Below are positions 38,574-48,135 of a stretch of 64,000 bases of DNA, piece by piece (within the stretch, counting starts at the first letter, position 1; the number at the start of each line of letters is the position of its first letter). The stretch covers positions 19,927 to 83,926 of the forward strand of contig JAUSEW010000002.1 of NCBI GenBank assembly GCA_030651475.1, read 5' to 3'. Both the position numbers and the translations under genes were made by a program. The DNA is from Candidatus Levyibacteriota bacterium (GTDB lineage: Bacteria > Patescibacteriota > Microgenomatia > Levybacterales > UBA12049). The notes under the pieces are model-generated. The model made no database searches. It was not told the origin of the DNA and saw nothing but the letters and a program-made list of their open reading frames with translations.

Positions 38574-38912
38574 TTATTCAGAAAAAGACTTTTGTTTTTT
38601 GAGAGCAGCGATATAAACTCCATATAGTGCGAAATCAAATGCCGCGCTAGGGGTACGCTTGACGCAATTTATCCAAGGACCGAATTTCCAGAGAGCTTCT
38701 GCTACTTGGCTATGGGAATGTACTATACCATTTGTTATGTCCGACGCTAGTTGAAGGAGCTTTTTCTCTCCTCCCTGAAGAGTTAAAGAGCTATCCATGG
38801 GAACGTTATTGTTGGGATATCCGTAGAAGCTTGCTAAAGTTCTAACTGCAGTTTCAGCCTGTTCAATAGTGGGTCTAAGCAAATCTGAATGTCTTCCAAG
38901 ATCTTTTTCCAT
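38574..38912 (-). CDS. hypothetical protein
   Basis: 112-aa ORF with TATAAT upstream. Confidence 0.6.
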   Translation of the reverse strand: MEKDLGRHSDLLRPTIEQAETAVRTLASFYGYPNNNVPMDSSLTLQGGEKKLLQLASDITNGIVHSHSQVAEALWKFGPWINCVKRTPSAAFDFALYGVYIAALKKQKSFSE

Positions 38913-38970
38913 GTGCCAAATTATAAGTCTGTATTAATAGATTGTCAATAATTTCTGTTATAATGTTTCT

Positions 38971-39591
38971 GTGAAACTTTTTTTGGCTTCGGAAGTAAAA
39001 AATCCTCAAACGACAAAGAAATTGGAGGAATATATGGGCGGATTTAAAAGAAAGAAAATTGCTTATATTCCAACCGCCGGAAATGGGGAAGGATGGGGAT
39101 CTTGGAAAAGCGGCGGATCTTGGAAGCTGGTTCAAAAACTTGACGCGGAAATTACTTTATTGCAATTAGAAAATTATTGGGATAAAGATGTAATAAATAA
39201 ATTAGAGGGAAAAGATGTTATTTGGTTTGCAGGAGGGCAAGCGGGATACCTTATGTATTGGATAAGAAGAACCCAAATTGATAAACACATAAAAAGAATA
39301 TTGAATAACGGTACTCTTTTTTTGGGTTCTAGCGCAGGAAGTATGATTACAGGAAAAACATTGGATGTTACAGGTTGGTACATTAAAGAGAATGAGTACG
39401 GGGCAAACGTTATTCCCGGTCTTGGTTTAGTTGATTTTGACATTTATCCTCATTACCAAGAAAGCTTCCTTAATGAAATAAAAAGTCATTATAAAGGCAA
39501 TAAGTTATATTTGCTAAAAAATGGGGAAGAGATTATTGTCGAAGATCAAAAGATCACTGTAATAGGAGAAGAAAGAATAGTTACCGGTTAA
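38971..39591 (+). CDS. peptidase E / S51 family
   Basis: YIPTA, FAGG, GSSAG, PHY. Confidence 0.88.
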   Translation: MKLFLASEVKNPQTTKKLEEYMGGFKRKKIAYIPTAGNGEGWGSWKSGGSWKLVQKLDAEITLLQLENYWDKDVINKLEGKDVIWFAGGQAGYLMYWIRRTQIDKHIKRILNNGTLFLGSSAGSMITGKTLDVTGWYIKENEYGANVIPGLGLVDFDIYPHYQESFLNEIKSHYKGNKLYLLKNGEEIIVEDQKITVIGEERIVTG

Positions 39592-39702
39592 AATAAATCC
39601 CGGTAAAATTCCCCAAACCCCAGAGCGCAATCTCCACGCATTATAACAGTCAGTGGTACGGCATTGACATGAAAAAGTAATTGTGATAGATTGTCGCTAA
39701 TA

Positions 39703-40098
39703 ATGAACGAAGCATTAAGGCCGGAAAATTCAGGAAAACCAAACATTATAAATACCACTATTTTGGTAAAAGAAAATGAGGTCGTAATTCCGACAGTCGA
39801 TGGTAAGCCATATAGAGAAAGAAAGCCCGCCCAATTGGGAAAAAGATTTGTTTGCGCACAGGAAATAGTGAGCGTATCGACTCGTGAAATTGTAGATCCT
39901 AAAACAAATGAATCCACTATGGTTACTACTCAAACATCCGAATTACAATCGGGCGAATTCAAAGATACAAATGGAAATTCTATTAATTTAGGTTGCGGAA
40001 CTCAAGTATTATGTACAAAAGCATCTGATGGTATACCATCTTGTTGTGATATTCCTATGACTTTAGTGCAGCCGAAGCCTCTTCCTTCCTCGGATTAA
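39703..40098 (+). CDS. hypothetical Cys-containing protein
   Basis: ORF behind TTGACA promoter at 39664. Confidence 0.6.
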   Translation: MNEALRPENSGKPNIINTTILVKENEVVIPTVDGKPYRERKPAQLGKRFVCAQEIVSVSTREIVDPKTNESTMVTTQTSELQSGEFKDTNGNSINLGCGTQVLCTKASDGIPSCCDIPMTLVQPKPLPSSD

Positions 40099-40151
40099 GA
40101 TAATAAAATTATACCAGGTAATATTTTGGGTTGAGAGAAAATTCCCCAAGC

Positions 40152-40652
40152 CTACGCTGTAATTAATTTTAGGATTTCTTTTGGAGATAGTGTTCCATCA
40201 ATAAATCGGATACCGAGAGCTTTTGCTTCTTCCTCATTTTTGTCTGCCCATTCAAGAACTACCTGTTTTTGGAAATCTGTTTTTCCCATAGGATTTTTTC
40301 GGCTTTGATGATCGAGTCTTTGAATCAGTACATTCTTTGGGACTTTAAGAAAATATATTTTGTCAAACAAATCTATCATCTTTGACGCATTGCCTGAATT
40401 CCCAAATAAGTAAATATCAGGATTTTGTGCAAGAAAATTCTTCAAGAATTTTCTATCCCAAAGAAATTCGTGGTTGTCCATAAATTCTTTTCCTGCATCA
40501 CGAGGGAAGGGAACTTTTTTCTTTTGTGAATCATACCAACCATGTAATCCTTCCAACTCATCGGTATCAAAGACATTTAATCCCATTTTCTTAAACTCTT
40601 TTGAGAGATGGGTTTTTCCTGCTCCTGATGGTCCAATAATCAATATTTTCAT
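40152..40652 (-). CDS. P-loop nucleotide kinase-like protein
   Basis: GPSGAGKT, FDTD, lid arginines. Confidence 0.85.
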   Translation of the reverse strand: MKILIIGPSGAGKTHLSKEFKKMGLNVFDTDELEGLHGWYDSQKKKVPFPRDAGKEFMDNHEFLWDRKFLKNFLAQNPDIYLFGNSGNASKMIDLFDKIYFLKVPKNVLIQRLDHQSRKNPMGKTDFQKQVVLEWADKNEEEAKALGIRFIDGTLSPKEILKLITA

Positions 40653-40736
40653 AGATTAATTATACCTTAGTATTTCAAATTATGGTAATACTTTCAAACA
40701 CGGCATTTTATTTAAAAATTCTGCTATAATCAGGTT

Positions 40737-41075
40737 GTGATAATTACGAAAACAACTCCTTTTACCAAAGAAGAAATTAGAAAGTTAAGAGAGCAATTTG
40801 GCGTTTATATAAAAACAGTTATTGATATCAAGAAAAAGATTTGTTCTGCTGGTTGTGATAGGCATTTTGAATCAGAAAAAATTCTTCTTGACGCTGGATC
40901 AAAACAAGAAGATATCTGGGGTGGAGGATTGGATATCGAAACAAAAATTATAGACTGTAACTCTTTTATCAATATCAGACCTGCTGATAAAAATACCAGT
41001 AATGAGATTCAAGACGCTAATAAAAGGAAGAAATTTGAAATTTTGACAAAGTATTTCTTTGGAGAAATCTTATGA
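40737..41075 (+). CDS. DUF5674-like protein
   Basis: IKTVIDI, H..SEKILL..GSKQEDIWGG, SFINIRP. Confidence 0.75.
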   Translation: MIITKTTPFTKEEIRKLREQFGVYIKTVIDIKKKICSAGCDRHFESEKILLDAGSKQEDIWGGGLDIETKIIDCNSFINIRPADKNTSNEIQDANKRKKFEILTKYFFGEIL

Positions 41076-41338
41076 ATAATAAAGTGGCCTTATCTTCTTT
41101 GGCAATGGATTTGAAGAGGGTAGCATTGGGATACCATCGCGGATCTTGGGCTTTAGCGAATCGCTTTTTCGCTGAAGCATTAAAAAGAAGAGGAGAAATA
41201 AATAAAACCTCATTGAAGCCTTACCTAATAAGATTTTTAAAGGATATGGACAAACTTAAAGATGAACGAGATAACATGAAAAAAGCAGAAGATGCTTTGA
41301 TGTATAGCACGCTTTTCCAAAACGCCGCTCTTAAATAA
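41072..41338 (+). CDS. small helical hypothetical protein coupled to the upstream gene
   Basis: ATGA overlap; SLAMDLKRVA. Confidence 0.7.
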   Translation: MNNKVALSSLAMDLKRVALGYHRGSWALANRFFAEALKRRGEINKTSLKPYLIRFLKDMDKLKDERDNMKKAEDALMYSTLFQNAALK

Positions 41339-41395
41339 GATTCGGTAAAATTCCCCAACCTGTTATAAAATCTGCTATACTTCTGGTGTTGGAAT

Positions 41396-42343
41396 ATGAA
41401 ATTCAAGAAGGCTCTGATAATAAATATCAGCGAAGATAAATTAGACCCGACCTATTGGGAAAAGTTAGATAAGTTAGTTGAGAATAGAGTAGGTCTTCCA
41501 AAAGACAGTCCTCAAATTCAAAAAGAATTATCTGATGCAGATTGTATATTAACAGGATTTCAAGTAAATATTGGTAAAAAGGAAATAGATTCTGCGCCAA
41601 ATTTAAAATATATCAGTGTTTTGGCTACGGCTTATGGAAAAATTGACGCAAATTATGCAAAGAAAAAAGGGATAGTTGTAACTAATGTTCCGGGTTATGC
41701 TACAGAATCAGTAGCGGAACTCGTTTTTGCAGTAATTTTAGACAAAATAAGGGAGATAGCTAAAGCAAAGAAGCGGGGAAGTAAGGGTGATTATTCAGAA
41801 GTAGGATTAAAAGCAACAGAGATAAAGGACAAAATATTTGGAGTAATTGGTTTGGGAAGAATTGGAAGAAGAGTAGCGGAAATTGCAAAAGGTTTTGGGA
41901 CAGATGTCAGATATTGGTCGAAAAATAGAAAAAAGGATTTAGAGAAAGCAAGCATTAAATATCAAGCTGCCGACAAATTAATTTCCCAAGCGAATATAAT
42001 TTCTCTCCATTTGGCAGAAACTCCTGAAACAAAACATTTTTTGAACAAAACAAGGATAAATAATGTTAAATCAGGCAGTTTGATTATAAGTACAGTTCCC
42101 AATGAAATTACAGACTTAATTGCATTGGAAGATAGACTTAAAAAAGGAGATATAACTTTTATTACTGATCATGCAGATGAATTAGATCCAAAAGACGCTA
42201 AACGATTATCTAAGTATGAAAATTGCATATTCTATCCACCTATTGGTTATATTTCGGATGAAGCAAGGATTGCCAAGCAAGAGATTTTTATTGGTAATAT
42301 GGAAAGTTTTTTAAATGGAGAACCCCAAAACGTAGTGAATTAA
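41396..42343 (+). CDS. D-isomer-specific 2-hydroxyacid dehydrogenase-like protein
   Basis: VTNVPGY, GVIGLGRIG, ISLHL. Confidence 0.85.
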   Translation: MKFKKALIINISEDKLDPTYWEKLDKLVENRVGLPKDSPQIQKELSDADCILTGFQVNIGKKEIDSAPNLKYISVLATAYGKIDANYAKKKGIVVTNVPGYATESVAELVFAVILDKIREIAKAKKRGSKGDYSEVGLKATEIKDKIFGVIGLGRIGRRVAEIAKGFGTDVRYWSKNRKKDLEKASIKYQAADKLISQANIISLHLAETPETKHFLNKTRINNVKSGSLIISTVPNEITDLIALEDRLKKGDITFITDHADELDPKDAKRLSKYENCIFYPPIGYISDEARIAKQEIFIGNMESFLNGEPQNVVN

Positions 42344-42398
42344 ATCTCGATAGCTTCCAAAAGATTTTAGAATTAAAATTCTGCTATAATCTTCAAAG

Positions 42399-43148
42399 AT
42401 GAGCTTTACTTTAAAAGACTATAAAAAGATAAGAACGCCTTTTGCATTTTTTGATGAGACGGGAAGCATTAATGATAAAGCTAATAGATTTTTCTGCCTA
42501 GGAATGATTAAATGCATGCAGCCGTTTTTCCTTGATTCAAGAATTAGGGAAGTGCGAGAAAGGAATCATTTTTACGATGAAATTAAATGGAATACTTTAT
42601 CAAAGGCAAAGTCAGCAGTGATTTTGGATATAATAAAAGCCGTTTTCGATACGCCGGGCATATATTTCTCATGCATAGTTATTGATAAAAACAATGTAAA
42701 TTTTGAAAAAGAATTTGATAATAATCCATATAAAGCTTACCAAGAATTTACCGAAATTCTTTTAAAGCAAGGCATAGAGGAGGACGAGATATTAACGATT
42801 TTAGCGGACTTCGTTACCACTCCTAAAAATATTAAATTTGAAGTTGATGTTAAACATAACATCAATAAAAATCTAGATAGATTAGCAATTGGAGGAATAC
42901 ATAGGGTGGATTCAAAAGGAGTAAATATAATACAAATTGTAGATTTGTTTATAGGGGCGGTTTCTTATTCTTACAAAATAAATTTGAAATTGGTATCAGG
43001 GGACAAAAATAAAATTAAGGTTTTAAATGCTATTTTACGTAAGCTTAATATGAAAAGTTTTGCAGGAGGATTAAACTTAAAATACTTCAAAGTGTTTGAG
43101 CATAATAATGGACTAGGAACAGGAAACAAAAAAGGGCCATCATCCTAA
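42399..43148 (+). CDS. DUF3800 domain protein
   Basis: FFDETG, EIKW, DSK...IQIVDLFIGAV. Confidence 0.82.
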   Translation: MSFTLKDYKKIRTPFAFFDETGSINDKANRFFCLGMIKCMQPFFLDSRIREVRERNHFYDEIKWNTLSKAKSAVILDIIKAVFDTPGIYFSCIVIDKNNVNFEKEFDNNPYKAYQEFTEILLKQGIEEDEILTILADFVTTPKNIKFEVDVKHNINKNLDRLAIGGIHRVDSKGVNIIQIVDLFIGAVSYSYKINLKLVSGDKNKIKVLNAILRKLNMKSFAGGLNLKYFKVFEHNNGLGTGNKKGPSS

Positions 43149-43202
43149 CGGTTGACGCCCTATTTATAAATATATGTTATCAGATGTTAGTATGAGTGTC
43201 AA
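43128..43202 (-). ncRNA. candidate short antisense RNA (promoter, hairpin, U-run) overlapping the DUF3800 stop
   Basis: minus TTGACA(43202)-17nt-TAACAT; hairpin AGGGC...GCCCT 43133-43161 followed by T-run. Confidence 0.5.
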
Positions 43203-43220
43203 TAGTCTATTTTATAATTT

Positions 43221-44318
43221 ATGAATTTGTCGGTTGGGATAGTTGGGCTGCCGAATGTGGGGAAGAGTACGCTGTTTAATGCGCTTCTAAAAAAGCAGGC
43301 GGCATTTGTGGCAAATTATCCTTTCGCCACAATTGAGCCAAATGTCGGAGTTGTTCCTGTGCCGGATTCAAGACTTCAAAAGTTAGCAGAAATTACCAAG
43401 GAAGAAGAAAAAATGTCCGCGTTTCCTCCGATAAAACCAGCTATTGTAAATTTTGTGGACATTGCCGGACTTGTTAAGGGTGCCAGTGAGGGAGCGGGTT
43501 TGGGAAATAAATTTTTGTCTCACATCAGAGAGGTTTCGATAATTGCTCATGTTGTCCGCGCGTTTGAGGATTCAGATATTATTCGTGAAGGTTCTATGGA
43601 CCCCAAAAGCGATTACGAAACTATAAATACAGAGCTGATGCTGGCTGATTTGCAAACAGTTAAGCAGGCCCAAGGCAGGGCTAGGAAGTTTCAGAAGCAG
43701 TCGGAAAAAGACGCAATTGATAAATTGTATAAAGGTTTGGATAGCGGAAAACCCGCAAGGGAAATAGAGCTGACGGATGAAGAGCGGGAATTCGCAAATA
43801 CCTTTTTTCTGCTTTCTGCAAAACCGGAACTTATTGTCTTGAATGTTTCGGAACAAACGCTGAAAGACGCGGACAAGATAATTCAGAACTACGCGGAATT
43901 GTTGGGAATTAGTAAGGAAAAGTTTGTTGTCATATCTGCCAAAATCGAAGCGGAGCTGGCAGAACTTTCCGAGGAAGAACAGAAAATATATCTTGCGGAT
44001 TTGGGCTTACAAACTTCAGGTTTGGAACGACTTATCAAAAAAGCCTACGAAACTCTTGGTTTAATCTCGTTTTTAACTTGCGGGGAAAAAGAGGTAAGGG
44101 CATGGACCATTCGGCTCGGTTCAACCTCGCTCATGGCCTCCGGCACTATACACACTGATTTCATGAAAAACTTTATCAAGGCAGAGATTGTTTCATTTAA
44201 AGATTTTGTAAGTTTGAATGGTTGGAAAAAAGCCAGAGAACAAGGGCGCGCAAGATCCGAAGGCCGGGATTATATAATGCAGGATGGGGAAGTGGTGGAA
44301 TTTAAGATTGGACAATAG
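43221..44318 (+). CDS. ychF: redox-regulated ATPase YchF
   Basis: GLPNVGKST, NYPFATIEPN, DIAGLV, GLGNKFL, EVRAWT. Confidence 0.97.
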   Translation: MNLSVGIVGLPNVGKSTLFNALLKKQAAFVANYPFATIEPNVGVVPVPDSRLQKLAEITKEEEKMSAFPPIKPAIVNFVDIAGLVKGASEGAGLGNKFLSHIREVSIIAHVVRAFEDSDIIREGSMDPKSDYETINTELMLADLQTVKQAQGRARKFQKQSEKDAIDKLYKGLDSGKPAREIELTDEEREFANTFFLLSAKPELIVLNVSEQTLKDADKIIQNYAELLGISKEKFVVISAKIEAELAELSEEEQKIYLADLGLQTSGLERLIKKAYETLGLISFLTCGEKEVRAWTIRLGSTSLMASGTIHTDFMKNFIKAEIVSFKDFVSLNGWKKAREQGRARSEGRDYIMQDGEVVEFKIGQ

Positions 44319-44866
44319 GGATGGGTCTTATACGCTCTCGTGATTTTATCTTTTTATCCGCAATAAGTTTTTTAATAAGATTATCGTATGCTTTTCTTTG
44401 TGTTTGTAATTTTAGCATTTTGATTATTGTTTCATTCGTAAGACCTTTTCCCCTTAGATTTATTATTTCGCTGATTGCTTTTGGGAGATAAGGTTTGGTT
44501 TAATACGCGGACTTTTAAGTAGCTCGAGATTTTTTTTCGCTTCTAGGTCTATTTCAACTTCCAACTTTGTCCAGATATCTCCTGAGTTGGGATCGTAAAT
44601 AACCGCATTTATATGCCGTGTTACTCGTTCTAATGGGATTTTCAGAATAGTAGCAACAGCATTAGGGCTTTTTAGCTTTTTGGCTGACACTCCTCTTTTT
44701 TCTCCAAAGAGAGACCGTTTAGTCTGTCTATGCAACCGGCTATTATTTTCCCAATAGGATAGCTCTCGAAAAGAGCAATATTTAGATTTGCCAGTAAGCT
44801 ACTATTATCTGGCTTAGTAGGTTCGGTAACTTGTTTTCCTAAAGAATTGATCGTTTCAGGTGCCAT
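44302..44866 (-). pseudogene. fragmented hypothetical gene (two apparent frameshifts)
   Basis: three consecutive overlapping minus-strand frames. Confidence 0.45.
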
Positions 44867-44973
44867 AATAAACAACCCATAGTTTACAAGATTAAGCGGA
44901 ATATGTCAACCCGCATATCAGCTCCAATAATTTTTTTGACTTTTTGAATTCACTTCTGTATACTCTCTGCCAT

Positions 44974-45525
44974 ATGTCAATTGAGACAGGAGAGCGAGCA
45001 GGAATTGGTGATGGTTTTAGGCCAATGGAAGGATTTAATTATAATGGTAGCTTTTCTACCGTAATGCAGGTGAATGAGGAAGCTATTAATAAGGCTTTTG
45101 GGATTGCCGGTCTAGCTTACGGTGGGATAGATATTAAATCTATGCCTCAATCAGGCAAAGATATAGACAAAGGCCTGCGTAAAAATCCCTTACTTACAAC
45201 TGCTAAGGTAAATAACCGATGGAGAATTGAAATCGATGATGTGGCAATGGTTACAAAATTAGTAAAAGAAGGATCAGGAGGAGGTAATCAGAAAAGATTT
45301 ATCCAACAATTCGACAGTCTTATGAAAGCTGCAGTTTTAGAATGTGTAATAAAAGAGAAGCATTTAGAGACGCAATCAGAAGACTTTTCAGCCTTAGTTT
45401 TAAAGACAATTACATTAGACTTTTCAGCTCTAGCTTTGAAGACATTTCCTTGGTACGACATCGCAAGGTGCTGGCTTTTCCTTTATCCAAAAAATGGAAT
45501 AACGCTGGTTAGAGAGAGTAAGTAA
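44974..45525 (+). CDS. hypothetical protein
   Basis: ORF behind TTGACT/TATACT promoter. Confidence 0.65.
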   Translation: MSIETGERAGIGDGFRPMEGFNYNGSFSTVMQVNEEAINKAFGIAGLAYGGIDIKSMPQSGKDIDKGLRKNPLLTTAKVNNRWRIEIDDVAMVTKLVKEGSGGGNQKRFIQQFDSLMKAAVLECVIKEKHLETQSEDFSALVLKTITLDFSALALKTFPWYDIARCWLFLYPKNGITLVRESK

Positions 45526-45662
45526 AATCCGCATTTTTCTGGCTTGGATTTTGACAATTCCTGCAACCATGATCTTCGGAGGCCTCCTTAGCCTGGTATT
45601 TAAATTCTAAAACCACAAAGGGGCTTGTTTTGTATTTTTTTATATGATAGGATAATTGCATT

Positions 45663-45941
45663 ATGCGTACATACGAGTTGGTTTTGGTTCTGAAAACCTC
45701 CCTTACCAAAGACAAAGTAAAAAAGCTTATCGGAGAAATTGGTAAATGGTTAAAAGACATAAAAATTGTTAAACAGGATGAATTAGGAGAAAAAGAATTG
45801 GCTTTTAAAATAAAAAAAGAAACAAGAGGAATTTTTTTGGATTTAAAGCTGGAAGGAAAAGACGTGGTTTCTTCGGATTTTGAAAAAAGAATTCGGGAAG
45901 AAGCAGATATTTTAAGACACTTACTGTTAAGGGAACAATAA
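45663..45941 (+). CDS. rpsF: 30S ribosomal protein S6
   Basis: MRTYEL, GEKELAFKIKK, ILRHLL; operon context. Confidence 0.92.
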   Translation: MRTYELVLVLKTSLTKDKVKKLIGEIGKWLKDIKIVKQDELGEKELAFKIKKETRGIFLDLKLEGKDVVSSDFEKRIREEADILRHLLLREQ

Positions 45942-46034
45942 AATTATAAGCACTAAGCACTAAATTCTAAATAAATTCAAAGAACTAAAATACAAAATTC
46001 AAAACAGTTTAGGATTTAGGATTTTTGAAGAATT

Positions 46035-46571
46035 ATGGCACGAAGTTTGAATAGGGTACAATTAATCGGAAATTTGACTAGAGATCCGGAACTGCGATAC
46101 ACGCCAAACGGCACAGCTGTTTGCTCTTTCTCTATCGCAACCAATAGAACTTGGAAAACAGAAGCCGGAGAGAAACGCGAAGAAACGGAATTTCATAGGA
46201 TTGTTTCCTGGAATAAGCTGGCGGAATTATGCAGCCAGTTTTTAACTAAAGGAAGAAAAGTGTACGTTGAGGGACGGCTTACAACTAGAAGCTGGACAGG
46301 ACAGGACGGAAATCAAAGGACAACAACGGAAATAGTTATCCAAGACATGATACTTCTTGATCGAAGACCTGAGGGAGTTGCGGCTTCGGAAAATGGCAAT
46401 GAACAGACAACGGGAGAAGATGAAAAGAAAGCGCCTAAAGTGAGTAAAGAGCCTGTTAAAAAAGAAAAAAGCGAAGAAGTAACTGAAGAGACGGCCGCCT
46501 CCGCTAAGAGCTCCGGCGAGCCAAAGGAAGAAGGAAGCGAAGAAGTTGCACCGGACGATATACCTTTTTAA
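46035..46571 (+). CDS. ssb: single-stranded DNA-binding protein
   Basis: LNRVQLIGNLTRDPELRYT, C-terminal DDIPF. Confidence 0.97.
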   Translation: MARSLNRVQLIGNLTRDPELRYTPNGTAVCSFSIATNRTWKTEAGEKREETEFHRIVSWNKLAELCSQFLTKGRKVYVEGRLTTRSWTGQDGNQRTTTEIVIQDMILLDRRPEGVAASENGNEQTTGEDEKKAPKVSKEPVKKEKSEEVTEETAASAKSSGEPKEEGSEEVAPDDIPF

Positions 46572-46573
46572 AT

Positions 46574-46816
46574 ATGGCTAAAGAAAAATTTACAAAACGA
46601 AGAAGAATAAAGCCTGCACCCAAAGAGTGTTTTTTCTGCAGTAAAAAACTGGAGCCTTCTTTTAAAGAGGCGGAAGTTCTAAGAAGATGGCTTACGGAAC
46701 GGGGCAAGATTGTTCCTGCATCCAGAAATGGTCTTTGCTCAAAACACCAAAAGGCTCTTGGTAAAAATATAAAACTTGCCAGATTTTTGGCTCTTTTGCC
46801 ATACGTCGTAGTTTAA
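46574..46816 (+). CDS. rpsR: 30S ribosomal protein S18 (zinc-binding type)
   Basis: CFFC, TERGKI, CSKHQ, ARFLALLPY. Confidence 0.95.
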   Translation: MAKEKFTKRRRIKPAPKECFFCSKKLEPSFKEAEVLRRWLTERGKIVPASRNGLCSKHQKALGKNIKLARFLALLPYVVV

Positions 46817-46823
46817 TCTTCTG

Positions 46824-48092
46824 ATGAAAAACAATACTGCCTTTCGCATAGTTCTAATAATTTTAATTTCTGCGCTTTTTGGCTACTACATCGGCGTTAA
46901 TAAAGTTGCAGTTGATTGGAAAAACTACAAACCCAAGATTTCTATATCAAGCAAAGAGCCTCCTTCAGTTTTGACCAATATTGATTTTTCACTTTTTTGG
47001 ACAGTGTGGGATAAACTTTCCCTTGATTACTACGATAAGTCCAAACTCGATTCCCAAAAAATGCTTAACGGCGCAATTTCAGGTATGATTCAAAGTCTTG
47101 GAGACCCATACACTGTTTATCTTCCGAAAGTACAAAATAACAATTTCAAAGAGGGATTGGCAGGACAGTTTTCTGGAATCGGAGCAGAGCTTGGGATGAA
47201 AGATAAAGATATTATAGTTATAGCTCCTCTTAACGGAAGTCCTGCGGAAAAGGCAGGGATAAAACCTGGAGATACTATTCTTAAAGTTGATAAAGAAACA
47301 ATTGCAGGATGGTCGCTTCAGCAGGCAGTTTCCAAAATACGAGGGGAAAAAGGTACGCCGGTTACATTAACATTAGTGCATAAGGATGCCACCAGTCCTT
47401 CAGAAATTACCATAGTAAGAGATATAATTACAATTAAAAGCGTTGATGGATGGATCAAGCCTTGGAAGATAGAAAATGGAAGATGGAAGATAGATGAAGA
47501 ATGTAAAAATTGCGCTGAAGTGGCTTACATCCAGCTTTCGCAGTTCGGAGACGCTACCAATCAGGACTGGACGAATCTTATAAATAAATTAAATTTGCGA
47601 ATTCAGCAGAACAAAAATGTAAAAGGTTTGGTTTTGGATCTGCGTAACAATCCGGGCGGGTATCTTACTGATGCTGTTTTTATTGCTTCTGAATTTCTTA
47701 AACAGGGTCAACCGGTGGTTATAGAAGACAGAGGGGAAAAAGGACAGAAAACTCTTTCTGTTTCACGCAAAGGAACGCTGTATGACACGCCTTTGGTGGT
47801 TTTGATGAATAAAGGTAGTGCTTCGGCAAGCGAAATTGTTGCCGCAGCCTTAAAAGATAATAAGCGGGCGATTTTGATAGGCGAGGTTTCATTTGGAAAA
47901 GGAACAATACAGCAGGCGGAAGATTTGGGAGATGGAGTAGGCCTGCATGTGACAATTGCCAAGTGGTTAACGCCAAAAGGCATATGGATTAATGGCGAAG
48001 GACTTAAACCGGATATTCAGATTGCCCTTGATCCAAAAGATCCAACCAAAGATACCCAGCTTGAAAAAGCAGTAGAAGAGCTAATAAAATAA
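46824..48092 (+). CDS. ctpA: S41 C-terminal processing protease
   Basis: GIGA PDZ, LDLRNNPGG, SASASE, FGKG. Confidence 0.93.
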   Translation: MKNNTAFRIVLIILISALFGYYIGVNKVAVDWKNYKPKISISSKEPPSVLTNIDFSLFWTVWDKLSLDYYDKSKLDSQKMLNGAISGMIQSLGDPYTVYLPKVQNNNFKEGLAGQFSGIGAELGMKDKDIIVIAPLNGSPAEKAGIKPGDTILKVDKETIAGWSLQQAVSKIRGEKGTPVTLTLVHKDATSPSEITIVRDIITIKSVDGWIKPWKIENGRWKIDEECKNCAEVAYIQLSQFGDATNQDWTNLINKLNLRIQQNKNVKGLVLDLRNNPGGYLTDAVFIASEFLKQGQPVVIEDRGEKGQKTLSVSRKGTLYDTPLVVLMNKGSASASEIVAAALKDNKRAILIGEVSFGKGTIQQAEDLGDGVGLHVTIAKWLTPKGIWINGEGLKPDIQIALDPKDPTKDTQLEKAVEELIK

Positions 48093-48135
48093 TTCTGCTT
48101 TGTAAACTTTTAAAAAACGTGTTAGTGTAAATATT

